Assembly: GCA_963789855.1 (NCBI GenBank)
Contig: CAWBMM010000008.1
Coordinates: forward strand, 78,005 to 142,004
Reading direction: 5' to 3'
DNA length: 64,000 bases
From: an uncultured Actinomycetota bacterium
GTDB lineage: Bacteria > Actinomycetota > Actinomycetes > JACCUZ01
The notes below the pieces were generated by a model. The model saw nothing but the letters and a program-made list of their open reading frames with translations, did no database searches and had not been told where the DNA came from. The translations under genes and the position numbers were made by a program. Shown here in pieces: positions 41,947-50,209 of this stretch (the first letter of the stretch is position 1; each line of letters begins with the position of its first letter).

Positions 41947-42321
41947 ATGACCGGCGGCGGGACGAGGGCGGCAGCCGCGCAGCGGCCGGTCCTCGTGGAC
42001 ACCGGACGCTCCCTGGTGGCGGCGTCCGCTGCGGAGCTGCGCAGCCTGGTCGCGGCCGCACTGCGCACCACGCTGCGCGTCGAGCTCGACCTCGAGCGCG
42101 TGCAGGTCTTCGACACCGCGGGTCTCGGCCTGCTGGTCGGCCTGCACCGACATGTCCGCAGCTCCGGCGGCGTGCTCGTCTGCCGGAACGCTCCGCCCGA
42201 CCTGCAGCAGGCGCTGCGGCGGCTGGGACTCCACCGGCTGCTGGTGCTCGAGCGGGGGCCGGAGTCCGGCCGGTCAGGCGTGGACCGGCTGCCGACCCAG
42301 GACGTCGCCGCCGGCCGATGA
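41947..42321 (+). CDS. STAS-domain protein (anti-sigma-factor-antagonist fold)
   Basis: The ORF reads LRVELDLERVQVFDTAGLGLLVGLHRHVRSSGGVLVCRNAPPDLQQALRRLGL. Its stop overlaps the next start (ATGA). Confidence 0.65.
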   Translation: MTGGGTRAAAAQRPVLVDTGRSLVAASAAELRSLVAAALRTTLRVELDLERVQVFDTAGLGLLVGLHRHVRSSGGVLVCRNAPPDLQQALRRLGLHRLLVLERGPESGRSGVDRLPTQDVAAGR

Positions 42322-43218
42322 CCACCAGCGCCGACGACTCGGTCGCGAACGTCGACCCGATGTCCGGACGGCCGAGCCAGGTCGCGTTCCGCCCGGTCTG
42401 GTTCGCACGGCTGGACGACGTCTCCCGGCGGGAGGGCACGGCTGGCGGCAGTCGCCGGAGCAATGCGCGACTCGTTCCTGGTCGCCTGCCTGCTCCGGTT
42501 CGGCGCGATCAACGGCAGGGACCGCATCCTGGTGCTCGCCGGCCAGACCTTCACCACGCTGCTGCCGCTGCTGATCGTGATCTCAGCCCTCGGCCCCAAG
42601 GACGACGCCGTCACGGTGCGCCTCATCACCCGGTTCGGGCTCACCGGGTCGGCCGAGCAGGCGGTGGCCACCCTCTTCTCCCGCCCGCCGGGGGTGACCG
42701 GTGGCCTGACCCTGGCCGGCGTGCTGGTGCTGCTGCTGTCGGTCCTCTCGCTGACCCGGTCGCTGCAACGGACCTACGAGGCGGCCTGGGGCCTGCCGTC
42801 GGCCGGTGTCCGCGGCACCGTCGCCGGGCTCAGCGGCTTCAGCCTGCTCGTCGCCCAGCTGATCGTCCTCGCGCTGCTGGCGACCGGGCTGCGCGGCGTG
42901 CCGGCGGGCGACGAGCTGAGCTGGTTGCTGCGCCTCATGCTGTCCGGGCTGATCTGGTGGCAGCTGCAGTACCTGCTGCTCAGCCGCCGGATCAGTCGGC
43001 GGCAGCTGGTCCCGGGGGCGATCGTGGCCGGCATCGGGCAGGCCGCGGTGTCGGTCTACGGTGCCATCGAGGTGCCCCGGCTGATCGAGCGGAACGCGGC
43101 CAACTACGGCGTGGTGGGGGTGACCTTCGCGCTGCTCACCTGGCTGATCGTGGTCTGTGCCGGGGTCGTGGTCGTGGCGGTGGTGTCGGCCGAGGCCGGC
43201 CGCCGGTCGGCCGGCTGA
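42318..43218 (+). pseudogene. YihY/BrkB-family membrane protein; one +1 shift near 42450
   Basis: The body reads LRFGAINGRDRILVLAGQTFTTLLPLLIVISAL... (ORF 42463..43218). About 45 N-terminal codons lie in the previous frame, starting at ATG 42318, which overlaps the STAS stop. Confidence 0.65.
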
Positions 43219-43235
43219 GCGGGTCGGCCGCTCAG
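43215..43235. terminator. 8-bp stem hairpin plus short GCTCAG(A/T)G repeats between convergent genes
   Basis: CTGAGCGG gtcgg CCGCTCAG spans the YihY stop. GCTCAGAGC(G/A)T recurs at 43230 and 43261. Confidence 0.3.
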
Positions 43236-43262
43236 AGCGTCGGCCGCTCAGTGGTCGATCGC

Positions 43263-46013
43263 TCAGAGCATGCCGCGGCGGCGGGCGGCGGCGACCGCCT
43301 CGCGCCGGTTGCCGACGTCGAGCTTCCGGTAGATCGCGCTCAGGTGCGTCTTGATGGTGTTGACGCTCACCAGGTGGGCGGTCGAGAGGTCCTCGACGGT
43401 CAGCATCGAGGGGAGGTCGCGCAGGATCTGCATCTCCCGAGGGGTGAGCAGCGCCAGGCTGGCCGGACTGGCGCCGAGGTCCTCGTCGGCCAGCTGCCAG
43501 GCGGTGAGCAGCTCGGCCAGGAAGTCCTCCTGCGGCCCGGCCCGGCCGGCGGCCGCGAGGAGCAGCTCGTGCACCGGCTCGCCGAGGTCGTAGAACGGCC
43601 GCATGACCGCTGCCTCGCTCGCGGCCTCCAGCGCGTCGAGGACCGCCGCGTGGGCGGCCGGGACGCCGAGCCGGTGGGCGCCGACGGCCTCGACCAGGTG
43701 CGCGGTCACGGCGGTGGTCACGACCGAGGCGGGCAGGGTGCCGGCGAGCACCGGCGCGACGGCCTCGCGGGCCGCCGCCGTCTGGTCGAGGGCGAGGTGG
43801 AGCACCCCCCGCAGCACGGCCTCGTCGCCGCCCGCACCCAGCAGCCGGCGGGTGCGCTCGACGACCTCACGGGCGCGGGCCTGCTCGCCGAGCGCGAGGC
43901 AGGCGTGCAGCTCGCCGAGCGACCCGTAGGCGCCGAGGGCTCCCGAGTGCGGCAGCTTCTCCAACCGCTCCCACAGCGTCTGCAGCCGGCGCATGGCCTG
44001 CCGCCTGCTGTCCGGCTGGTCAGCCGCGATGATCGCCTCGCCGACGAGCGCGACGTACTCCACCTCGGGGTCCACCGAGGCGTCGAGCACCGAGACCGCC
44101 ATCGGTGCCCATCGCGCGGTCTCGGCGCGCTGCAGCCGCAGGTGCGCCCCCCAGGCGGCCAAGATGTAGGCGTAGGCCATCCGCGGCGCGGTCGACCAGC
44201 CGCGGGCCTCGGCCAGGGCGATCGCCTCGATGGCCCGGTGACGCATCTCGGCCAGGTCGGAGAGCCCGGCGGCCGCTCCGGCGAGCCAGGTGAGGCAGTA
44301 GAGGGCGAAGTAGTCCCGGCGGCCAGCGGTCGCGAGCTCGAGGGCCGCCGTGAGGTCGGTGCGGGCGTCCTCGTAGCGCCCGCCCATGCCGTACAGGACG
44401 CCCCGGTTGGCCAGCGTGAGCATCGCCACGTCGGCCGCCACGTCGGGTGGGGCGTAGGGCGACGACCGGGCCGGGTGGGGGATGGCGGGCAGGTCCTCCA
44501 GCGCCGCCGTGTCGGCGATGAGGCGGGCCAGGTAGAGCTGGGCGGCCCGGCGCAACGGGTCTAGCCGTTCCCGGGCGGCGGTGTCATCGGCGGCGTCCAG
44601 CTGCGTCAGCGCCGCACGCGCGCCGGCGACGTCGCCGGCCTCCAGCCGGGCCAGCGCGTCGACGGCCAGCGCCTCCGGCCGGTCCGGCACCATCGCGACG
44701 GCGCGCTGCACCATGGCCCGCTGCCCGCTGAGCAGCAGGCCGAGCCCGCAGCTGGCGAGCAGGTCGCAGACCAGATCCGCGTCGGCGGAGGCGATCGCCT
44801 GGTCGAGAGCCATCGCGGGCAGGTCCTGTGCGGCGAACCACCGCGCGGCGAGCCCATGCCGCAGTCCACGGGCCAAGGCGTCCCGACGGGACAGCTCCGC
44901 GAGCAGGAACTCCCGCAGCAGCGAGTGGTAGCGGTACCACGCCCCCTGCTTCCCCAGGCGGGTGACCAGTGCGTTCACCCGTTCGAGGTCGCCGAGCAGG
45001 GCGCCGGCGTCCTCGCGCCCGGACAGCCGGGCTGCGAGGTCGACGGTGATCTCCGGGACGACGCTCGTGTCGAGCAGGAAGTCCACGACGTCGGCGGGCT
45101 GGCGGGCCAGGATCTCGTTGACCAGGTAGTCGGCGACCGAGCGCGAGTCGCGGGCGAACGCGTCCACGAAGGCGTCGGGGTCGGTCTCGCCGTCCAACGA
45201 CAGGGCTGCGAGCCGGACGGCAGCCGGCCAGCCCTCGGTCTGCACCTGGAGCCGCTCGAGGGCCGCTGCAGAGATCGCGATGCCGGCCGACTTCAGCAGC
45301 TGGTCCGTCTCGTCGACGAGGAAGGCCAGGTCGGCGGCCCGCAGCTCGGTCAGGGACCCCGCCATCCGCATCCGGTAGAGGCTCACGGGCGGGTCGTAGC
45401 GGCACCCGATCAGCACCCGTACGCCGTCCGGCAGCCACCGCAGGAACTCGTCGAGGCCGGCCAGCACGACGGGGTCGCGCAGCTCGTGGGCGTCGTCGAG
45501 GACGAGCACGACGGGCTCCGCCAGCCCGTCCAGGGCCGCTCCCAACGAGGCGAGGAAGGACTGCTCCATCGGGCCGTGCAGCGACGACAGGCCCTCGAAG
45601 GGGTCCGGCGCGTCGGCCCGTTCCCGGCCGGCCGGGTCCAGCGACACCGCCACCGAGAGCGCCGACAGGATGGCCGACCACAGCGACTGCGGGTCGGCGT
45701 CGTGGTGGTCGCAGGTGACCCAGGCGACGTGCCGGCCGCGGTCCCGCAGTGCGGTCGCGCGGGCCGCGAGCAGCGAGGTCTTGCCGTAGCCGGCGGGGGC
45801 GCTGACCACGATGATCCGCCCACTCACCAGGGCGTCGTCGATCGGCTGGTGCAGCCGGATGCGGTCGACGTGCGTCTCGGGCGTCCGCGGGACCTGGATC
45901 TTCGGGGCCGGCACTCCCGGGCGCACCCGGATCCGCCCCTCGGTCACCGACCCGCGGCTGCCCGACGCCTTCCGCGGCACCCGTGCCTTGCGCGCCCCCG
46001 TGGGCGTGGCCAT
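43263..46013 (-). CDS. Second large ATP-binding LuxR-family (LAL/MalT-like) regulator
   Basis: ATG 46013 is preceded by GAGGGAG (the maximal ORF extends to 46217). The Walker A is VSAPAGYGKTSLL and the Walker B is VLVLDDAHEL. The C-terminus LTPREMQILRDLPSMLTVEDLSTAHLVSVNTIKTHLSAIYRKLDV is a LuxR HTH. Confidence 0.85.
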   Translation of the reverse strand: MATPTGARKARVPRKASGSRGSVTEGRIRVRPGVPAPKIQVPRTPETHVDRIRLHQPIDDALVSGRIIVVSAPAGYGKTSLLAARATALRDRGRHVAWVTCDHHDADPQSLWSAILSALSVAVSLDPAGRERADAPDPFEGLSSLHGPMEQSFLASLGAALDGLAEPVVLVLDDAHELRDPVVLAGLDEFLRWLPDGVRVLIGCRYDPPVSLYRMRMAGSLTELRAADLAFLVDETDQLLKSAGIAISAAALERLQVQTEGWPAAVRLAALSLDGETDPDAFVDAFARDSRSVADYLVNEILARQPADVVDFLLDTSVVPEITVDLAARLSGREDAGALLGDLERVNALVTRLGKQGAWYRYHSLLREFLLAELSRRDALARGLRHGLAARWFAAQDLPAMALDQAIASADADLVCDLLASCGLGLLLSGQRAMVQRAVAMVPDRPEALAVDALARLEAGDVAGARAALTQLDAADDTAARERLDPLRRAAQLYLARLIADTAALEDLPAIPHPARSSPYAPPDVAADVAMLTLANRGVLYGMGGRYEDARTDLTAALELATAGRRDYFALYCLTWLAGAAAGLSDLAEMRHRAIEAIALAEARGWSTAPRMAYAYILAAWGAHLRLQRAETARWAPMAVSVLDASVDPEVEYVALVGEAIIAADQPDSRRQAMRRLQTLWERLEKLPHSGALGAYGSLGELHACLALGEQARAREVVERTRRLLGAGGDEAVLRGVLHLALDQTAAAREAVAPVLAGTLPASVVTTAVTAHLVEAVGAHRLGVPAAHAAVLDALEAASEAAVMRPFYDLGEPVHELLLAAAGRAGPQEDFLAELLTAWQLADEDLGASPASLALLTPREMQILRDLPSMLTVEDLSTAHLVSVNTIKTHLSAIYRKLDVGNRREAVAAARRRGML

Positions 46014-46137
46014 GAGTACTCCCTCGATCGGACCGGCGCACCCCCGTGGCTCGCAAACCGGCAGAACGGGGCGTCCCGGACAGCGGTCGGAGCCACCTTT
46101 CCAGGGCCGGCGGCCGGTTGTCCTCACCCTCTGGGGG

Positions 46138-46440
46138 CTAATCCTCCGCCGTGGGCTCAGCGTGCGGTGCCGGCTCATCGTGCTCCGGGGGCTCGTCGTG
46201 CGACGCCCGGACGGCATCCTCGACCCGGTCGTAGACGTGCTCGTCGCCGATGCCCTCCCACACGCCGCCGCGGCGCAGCGCCTGCTCGAGCGGGCCGGAC
46301 ACCCGGGCCAGCGCCAGGGTGACCTCCCGGCGCCGCGTCAGCTCGACGAGCTGGTCCAGCGCCTGCACGCCGTTCGTGTCGACCAGGATGGCCATCTGCG
46401 ACTCGGGGCCGACGATGAGCACCCTGCTGGTCGCGAGCAG
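46138..46440 (-). pseudogene. Remnant of a SulP-transporter C-terminal STAS domain
   Basis: RVLIVGPESQMAILVDTNGVQALDQLVELTRRREVTLALARVSGPLEQALRRGGVWEGIGDEHVYDRVEDAVRA resembles a SulP STAS tail. It is preceded by an in-frame TAG, and no transmembrane body lies upstream. Confidence 0.5.
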
Positions 46441-46543
46441 CGCCTAGCCGTCCGCGCGCACGGACCGGCGATCGACCGCGGCCAGCAGCGGCAGCCGGTC
46501 GGCCGACCGGCTCGGTCTGCGGTGCGTCCCGGAGCCGGTCACG

Positions 46544-46744
46544 TCAGTCCGGCAGCTGTCGCATCTCCAGGATCGACAGGCCGAGGTTCTCGAACCGCGC
46601 CAGCAGACCCATCAGCGCGGCCCGGTCGGTCACCGGGCCGTACAGGGTGGTGCCGCCACCAGGCCGCGGGCGGACCGTGAGCTCCGGGAACGCCGCCGCA
46701 CCGGTGCTCGACAGCTCGCTCGCCAAGGAGAACTCGTATCGCAC
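46544..46744 (-). CDS. Small conserved-looking hypothetical protein (66 aa)
   Basis: The ORF reads MRYEFSLASELSSTGAAAFPELTVRPRPGGGTTLYGPVTDRAALMGLLARFENLGLSILEMRQL. It is ACT/ferredoxin-fold-like; the function is unknown. Confidence 0.45.
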   Translation of the reverse strand: MRYEFSLASELSSTGAAAFPELTVRPRPGGGTTLYGPVTDRAALMGLLARFENLGLSILEMRQLPD

Positions 46745-46793
46745 GGTTGCCTCCTCCAGACGGGTCCGCCGGCTCTGTCCCGACCATCGCCCC

Positions 46794-46814
46794 TGAGGCC
46801 GCGCCGCGGCCTCA
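46794..46814. repeat. Perfect 21-bp palindrome TGAGGCCGCG-C-CGCGGCCTCA in a divergent intergenic region
   Basis: All 10 arm positions pair around the central C. It lies 50 nt upstream of the 46744 start and 150 nt upstream of the VOC gene start. Confidence 0.8.
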
Positions 46815-46966
46815 TCCGTTCGGGGTGACTGGCTGTGCCCGGGTCACACCGGCGGCCCAACGTCTCGGCCACAGGTGGCCGCCCGATGAGGTCCCGGCCT
46901 ACGGTCGGTCCACCGGGGCACGGCAGAGCCGCGCCGGTCCGCCCGGCGCCTGGAGAGGAGAACGTC

Positions 46967-47297
46967 ATGGGACAGCCGGTCGTGCACTTCGAGGTCATCG
47001 GCACCGACGGCAAGAAGCTGCAGGCGTACTACGCGGAGCTGTTCGGCTGGGACGTCGACGCGAACAAGAGTGGGAGGCTCGGTGCCGCGGCCGACCTCAA
47101 GGACGGGACGGGTACGCGGGCACGTCACCTTCTACGTCGAGGTGCCCGACGTGGCTGCCGCGCTCGACAAGGCGGTGTCGCTCGGCGGTACCACCGTGTT
47201 CGGGCCGGAGACCGTCATGGGGAACCTGGTCCTCGGCCAGTTCCTCGACCCCGAGGGCCACGTCATCGGGCTCATCGAGGGCGCAGCTGCCGGCTGA
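46967..47297 (+). pseudogene. VOC/glyoxalase-family protein; one +1 shift near 47100
   Basis: ATG 46967 follows GGAGAGGAG. MGQPVVHFEVIGTDGKKLQAYYAELFGWDVDAN continues as GHVTFYVEVPDVAAALDKAVSLGGTTVFGPETVMGNLVLGQFLDPEGHVIGLIE in the next frame. Confidence 0.7.
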
Positions 47298-47676
47298 TCG
47301 CCAGCCCGCCGGCCCCCGCGAGGACGCCGCCGAGCGCGGCTGCGGCCAGCGCCAGGTCGGTGGCGCCGGCCGGCTCGGTGAGCGGCTGCCGGAGCGGTCG
47401 TTGGACCGTGACGAGGGCTGCGGTGGCCGGAGCAGAGCAGGTCCGGGACGCCTCCAGGGCGACATAGGCCTCGTAGGACCGCACCTTTGCGAGGGAGAGC
47501 CCGAGGTACTCCTCGGCCTCGTCGGGCTCCCCGCCGGCCTTGGCGTCAGCGGCCTTCGCGTGGTGGGCCGTCGCCCGGGCGCCGTTTGCCGTGACCGCGC
47601 TCGCCGGTGCTGCCGCCAGGGCGCACGACGCCGGCACCGAGACGGCTAGTACCAGCAGCAGTCGCGTCGTCCTCAT
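47272..47676 (-). CDS. Secreted protein with a C-terminal sorting-signal-like anchor
   Basis: The signal peptide is MRTTRLLLVLAVSVPASCALAAAPASA. The C-terminus reads LTEPAG, then a hydrophobic stretch, then SRQLRPR. Confidence 0.45.
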   Translation of the reverse strand: MRTTRLLLVLAVSVPASCALAAAPASAVTANGARATAHHAKAADAKAGGEPDEAEEYLGLSLAKVRSYEAYVALEASRTCSAPATAALVTVQRPLRQPLTEPAGATDLALAAAALGGVLAGAGGLAISRQLRPR

Positions 47677-47829
47677 GGCCCCACGGTGGGCCGGTGCGGC
47701 AGTTGCCGCCATACGACGAAGCGCGAAGGCGGCCGCGGGTCCGGGTGAACGACAGAGCGTCGCTGACGGTGGCCACGCGGGACGTTCGGCCCGGGCCGAC
47801 GGAGCAGGTCAGCAACCACACTGAGGTCC

Positions 47830-49557
47830 GTGAACCGGGTGACCGCTCTGCTGCCGCGCCGCAGCGACTACGCCGGGCTGGGCCGCAGCTGGGCCGGCGA
47901 CCTGGTCGCCGGTGTGACCGTGGCCGTGGTCGCGCTGCCGCTCGCGCTGGCCTTCGGTGTCGCCTCCGGCGCCGGGGCTGCGGCGGGCCTGGTGACGGCG
48001 GTGGTGGCGGGTGCCGTCGCCGCGGTGTTCGGCGGGTCGACCTTGCAGGTGTCCGGCCCGACCGGGGCGATGACGGTGGTCATCCTGCCGATCGTCGCGA
48101 AGTACGGCGTCGACGCGGTGCCGACCGTGGCGCTGCTCGCCGGTCTGATGGTCGTGGCAGCCGGCGTCCTGGGTCTGGGGCGGCTGGTCTCGCTGATCCC
48201 GTGGCCGGTGGTCGAGGGCTTCACGCTCGGCATCGCCGTCGTCATCGCCCTGCAGCAGGTGCCGATGGCCCTGGGGGTGCCGACGCCGCCGGGCACCAAC
48301 GCCGCCGTGGTGGCGGGCCGTGCCGTCGTCGACTTCGTCGAGGACCCCGAGGTCGCGGTCCTCGCGCTGCTGGCCCTTGCCGTCGTGCTGACCGCCTTCC
48401 TGCCCCGGCTGCACCGGTCGCTGCCGGCCAGCCTGATCGCGGTGGTCGCCACCACGGCGGCGGCGGTGCTCAGCGGCGCCGACGTGGCCGTGATCGGCGA
48501 CCTGCCGCGGACCCTGCCGCTGCCGTCGGTGCCCGCGCTGGGCGAGGCCACTGCGCTGCTGTCAGCGGCCCTCGCGGTCGCCGCGCTCGCCGGGCTGGAG
48601 AGCCTGCTGTCGGCTCGGGTGGCTGACGGCATGGCCGACGTGCCGCGCCACGACCCGGGCCGGGAGCTCGTCGGGCAGGGGCTGGCCAACGTCGCGTCGT
48701 CCCTGTTCGGCGGGCTGCCGGCGACCGGAGCCATCGCCCGGACGGCGGTCAACGCCCGGGCCGGCGCCCGCACCCGCGCCGCCTCTCTGGTGCACGCCTT
48801 CGCGCTGGCCGCCCTGATGGCTGTCGCCGCAGGGGCGGTCGGGCAGATCCCGCTGGTGGCACTGTCCGGCGTGCTGCTCGTGACGGCGTACCGGATGGTG
48901 GAGCGGCACACCGTCCGGGCCGTGCTGCGCTCCACCCGCACCGACGCGCTGGTCTTCGCGCTCACCGCGACCGCGACGGTGGTCTTCGACCTGGTGATCG
49001 CGGTGGAGGCCGGGATCGTGGTCGCGGTCGTGGTGACGCTGGTGCACGTCACCCGCAGCGCCCAGCTCGTCGAGGACACCAGCGCCGTCGCCGAGATCGC
49101 GACCGACGAGGAGCTCGACCTGCTGCGCGAGCACGTGCTCGTGTACCGGCTGGACGGCCCGCTGTTCTTCGGCGCGGCCTCCAGGTTCCTGGCCGAGATG
49201 ACCACGGTGTCCGACGTGCGGGTCGTCGTGCTCCGGATGCGCGGCACCGTGCTGCTGGACGCCACCGGCGCGCGGGCCCTCGGGGAGATCGTCGAGCAGT
49301 TCGACGACCGGGGCATCGCCGTGGTCCTCAAGGTCGCCTCGCCCGAGCACCTGCGACTGCTGCGGACGGTCGGCGCCCTCGACCGGCTGGACCGTGCCGG
49401 TCACGTGGCGACCGACCTGCCGGCTGCGCTGGAGCACGCCCGCAAGCACGCGCTGCGGGGAACCAAGGCCGAGCAGGAGCACGCGGGTAGCCCGCGGCAC
49501 CGACCGCCCCCGGACCCGGACCGGCCCCCCGGGGAGCCGACCCGGACCGCGGGCTGA
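47830..49557 (+). CDS. SulP-family anion transporter with C-terminal STAS domain
   Basis: This is an intact 575-aa ORF. The N-terminus reads DLVAGVTVAVVALPLALAFGVASG, followed by multiple TM segments. The STAS tail reads VVVLRMRGTVLLDATGARALGEIVEQFDDRGIAVVL. Confidence 0.9.
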   Translation: MNRVTALLPRRSDYAGLGRSWAGDLVAGVTVAVVALPLALAFGVASGAGAAAGLVTAVVAGAVAAVFGGSTLQVSGPTGAMTVVILPIVAKYGVDAVPTVALLAGLMVVAAGVLGLGRLVSLIPWPVVEGFTLGIAVVIALQQVPMALGVPTPPGTNAAVVAGRAVVDFVEDPEVAVLALLALAVVLTAFLPRLHRSLPASLIAVVATTAAAVLSGADVAVIGDLPRTLPLPSVPALGEATALLSAALAVAALAGLESLLSARVADGMADVPRHDPGRELVGQGLANVASSLFGGLPATGAIARTAVNARAGARTRAASLVHAFALAALMAVAAGAVGQIPLVALSGVLLVTAYRMVERHTVRAVLRSTRTDALVFALTATATVVFDLVIAVEAGIVVAVVVTLVHVTRSAQLVEDTSAVAEIATDEELDLLREHVLVYRLDGPLFFGAASRFLAEMTTVSDVRVVVLRMRGTVLLDATGARALGEIVEQFDDRGIAVVLKVASPEHLRLLRTVGALDRLDRAGHVATDLPAALEHARKHALRGTKAEQEHAGSPRHRPPPDPDRPPGEPTRTAG

Positions 49558-49566
49558 GCGTCTCGG

Positions 49567-50106
49567 CTACTGCCCGAACCGCCCGACGAGGGTCGCGCGA
49601 GCCAGCGTGTGCATCGAGAGGTTGAACCCCAGGTACGCGGGGGTCGCGCCGTCCGGCAGGCCCAGGCTCGGCACGTCGACCGCGTGCACGACGACGTAGT
49701 AGCGGTGCTCGCCGTGGCCGGGCGGCGGAGCCGCCCCGACGTAGCCGGGAGCCCCGGCGTCGTTGCGCAGGACGACGGCCTGCTGCGGGAGGGCGCCGCC
49801 CTCGCTGCCCGCACCGGTGGGCAGCGAGGTGACGTCGGCCGGGATGTCGGCGACGGCCCAGTGCCAGAACCCGCTCGCGGTGGGCGCGCTCGGGTCGTAC
49901 ACGGTGACCGCAAAGCTCTGCGTGCCGTCCGGGAAACCCGACCAGGACAGCTGCGGCGAGACGTCCTGGCCGCCGGCTCCCATGACGCCCGAGCGCTGCG
50001 CCGGCGGGAGCTCGGCACCGTCGGTGACGTCGTCGCTGCGGAGGTCGAAGGACGGCACCTGGTCGAGGAACTGGTACGGGTCGGGGAACGCGTCTGCCGT
50101 CGTCAT
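49567..50106 (-). CDS. YbhB/YbcL (PEBP/Raf-kinase-inhibitor-like) family protein
   Basis: Motifs are [27 protein letters not shown]...FWHW and [18 protein letters not shown]. Confidence 0.85.
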   Translation of the reverse strand: MTTADAFPDPYQFLDQVPSFDLRSDDVTDGAELPPAQRSGVMGAGGQDVSPQLSWSGFPDGTQSFAVTVYDPSAPTASGFWHWAVADIPADVTSLPTGAGSEGGALPQQAVVLRNDAGAPGYVGAAPPPGHGEHRYYVVVHAVDVPSLGLPDGATPAYLGFNLSMHTLARATLVGRFGQ

Positions 50107-50209
50107 GTGGGCAGCGTGCCCGACCCGCTCGGCGGCCTAACCAGCGGGTGCCGCTGAGCCGGGGACGGAGTCGTTTGAGCCGGCCAGCGGACGGGGGCAG
50201 GGGTGCTTC

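Noticed and set aside
42318-44564. A 748-aa plus-strand ORF starting at the STAS stop.
   Set aside because: Only the first ~45 codons appear real, as the N-terminus of the YihY gene before its +1 shift. The remainder runs off-frame through YihY and antisense to the second LAL regulator.
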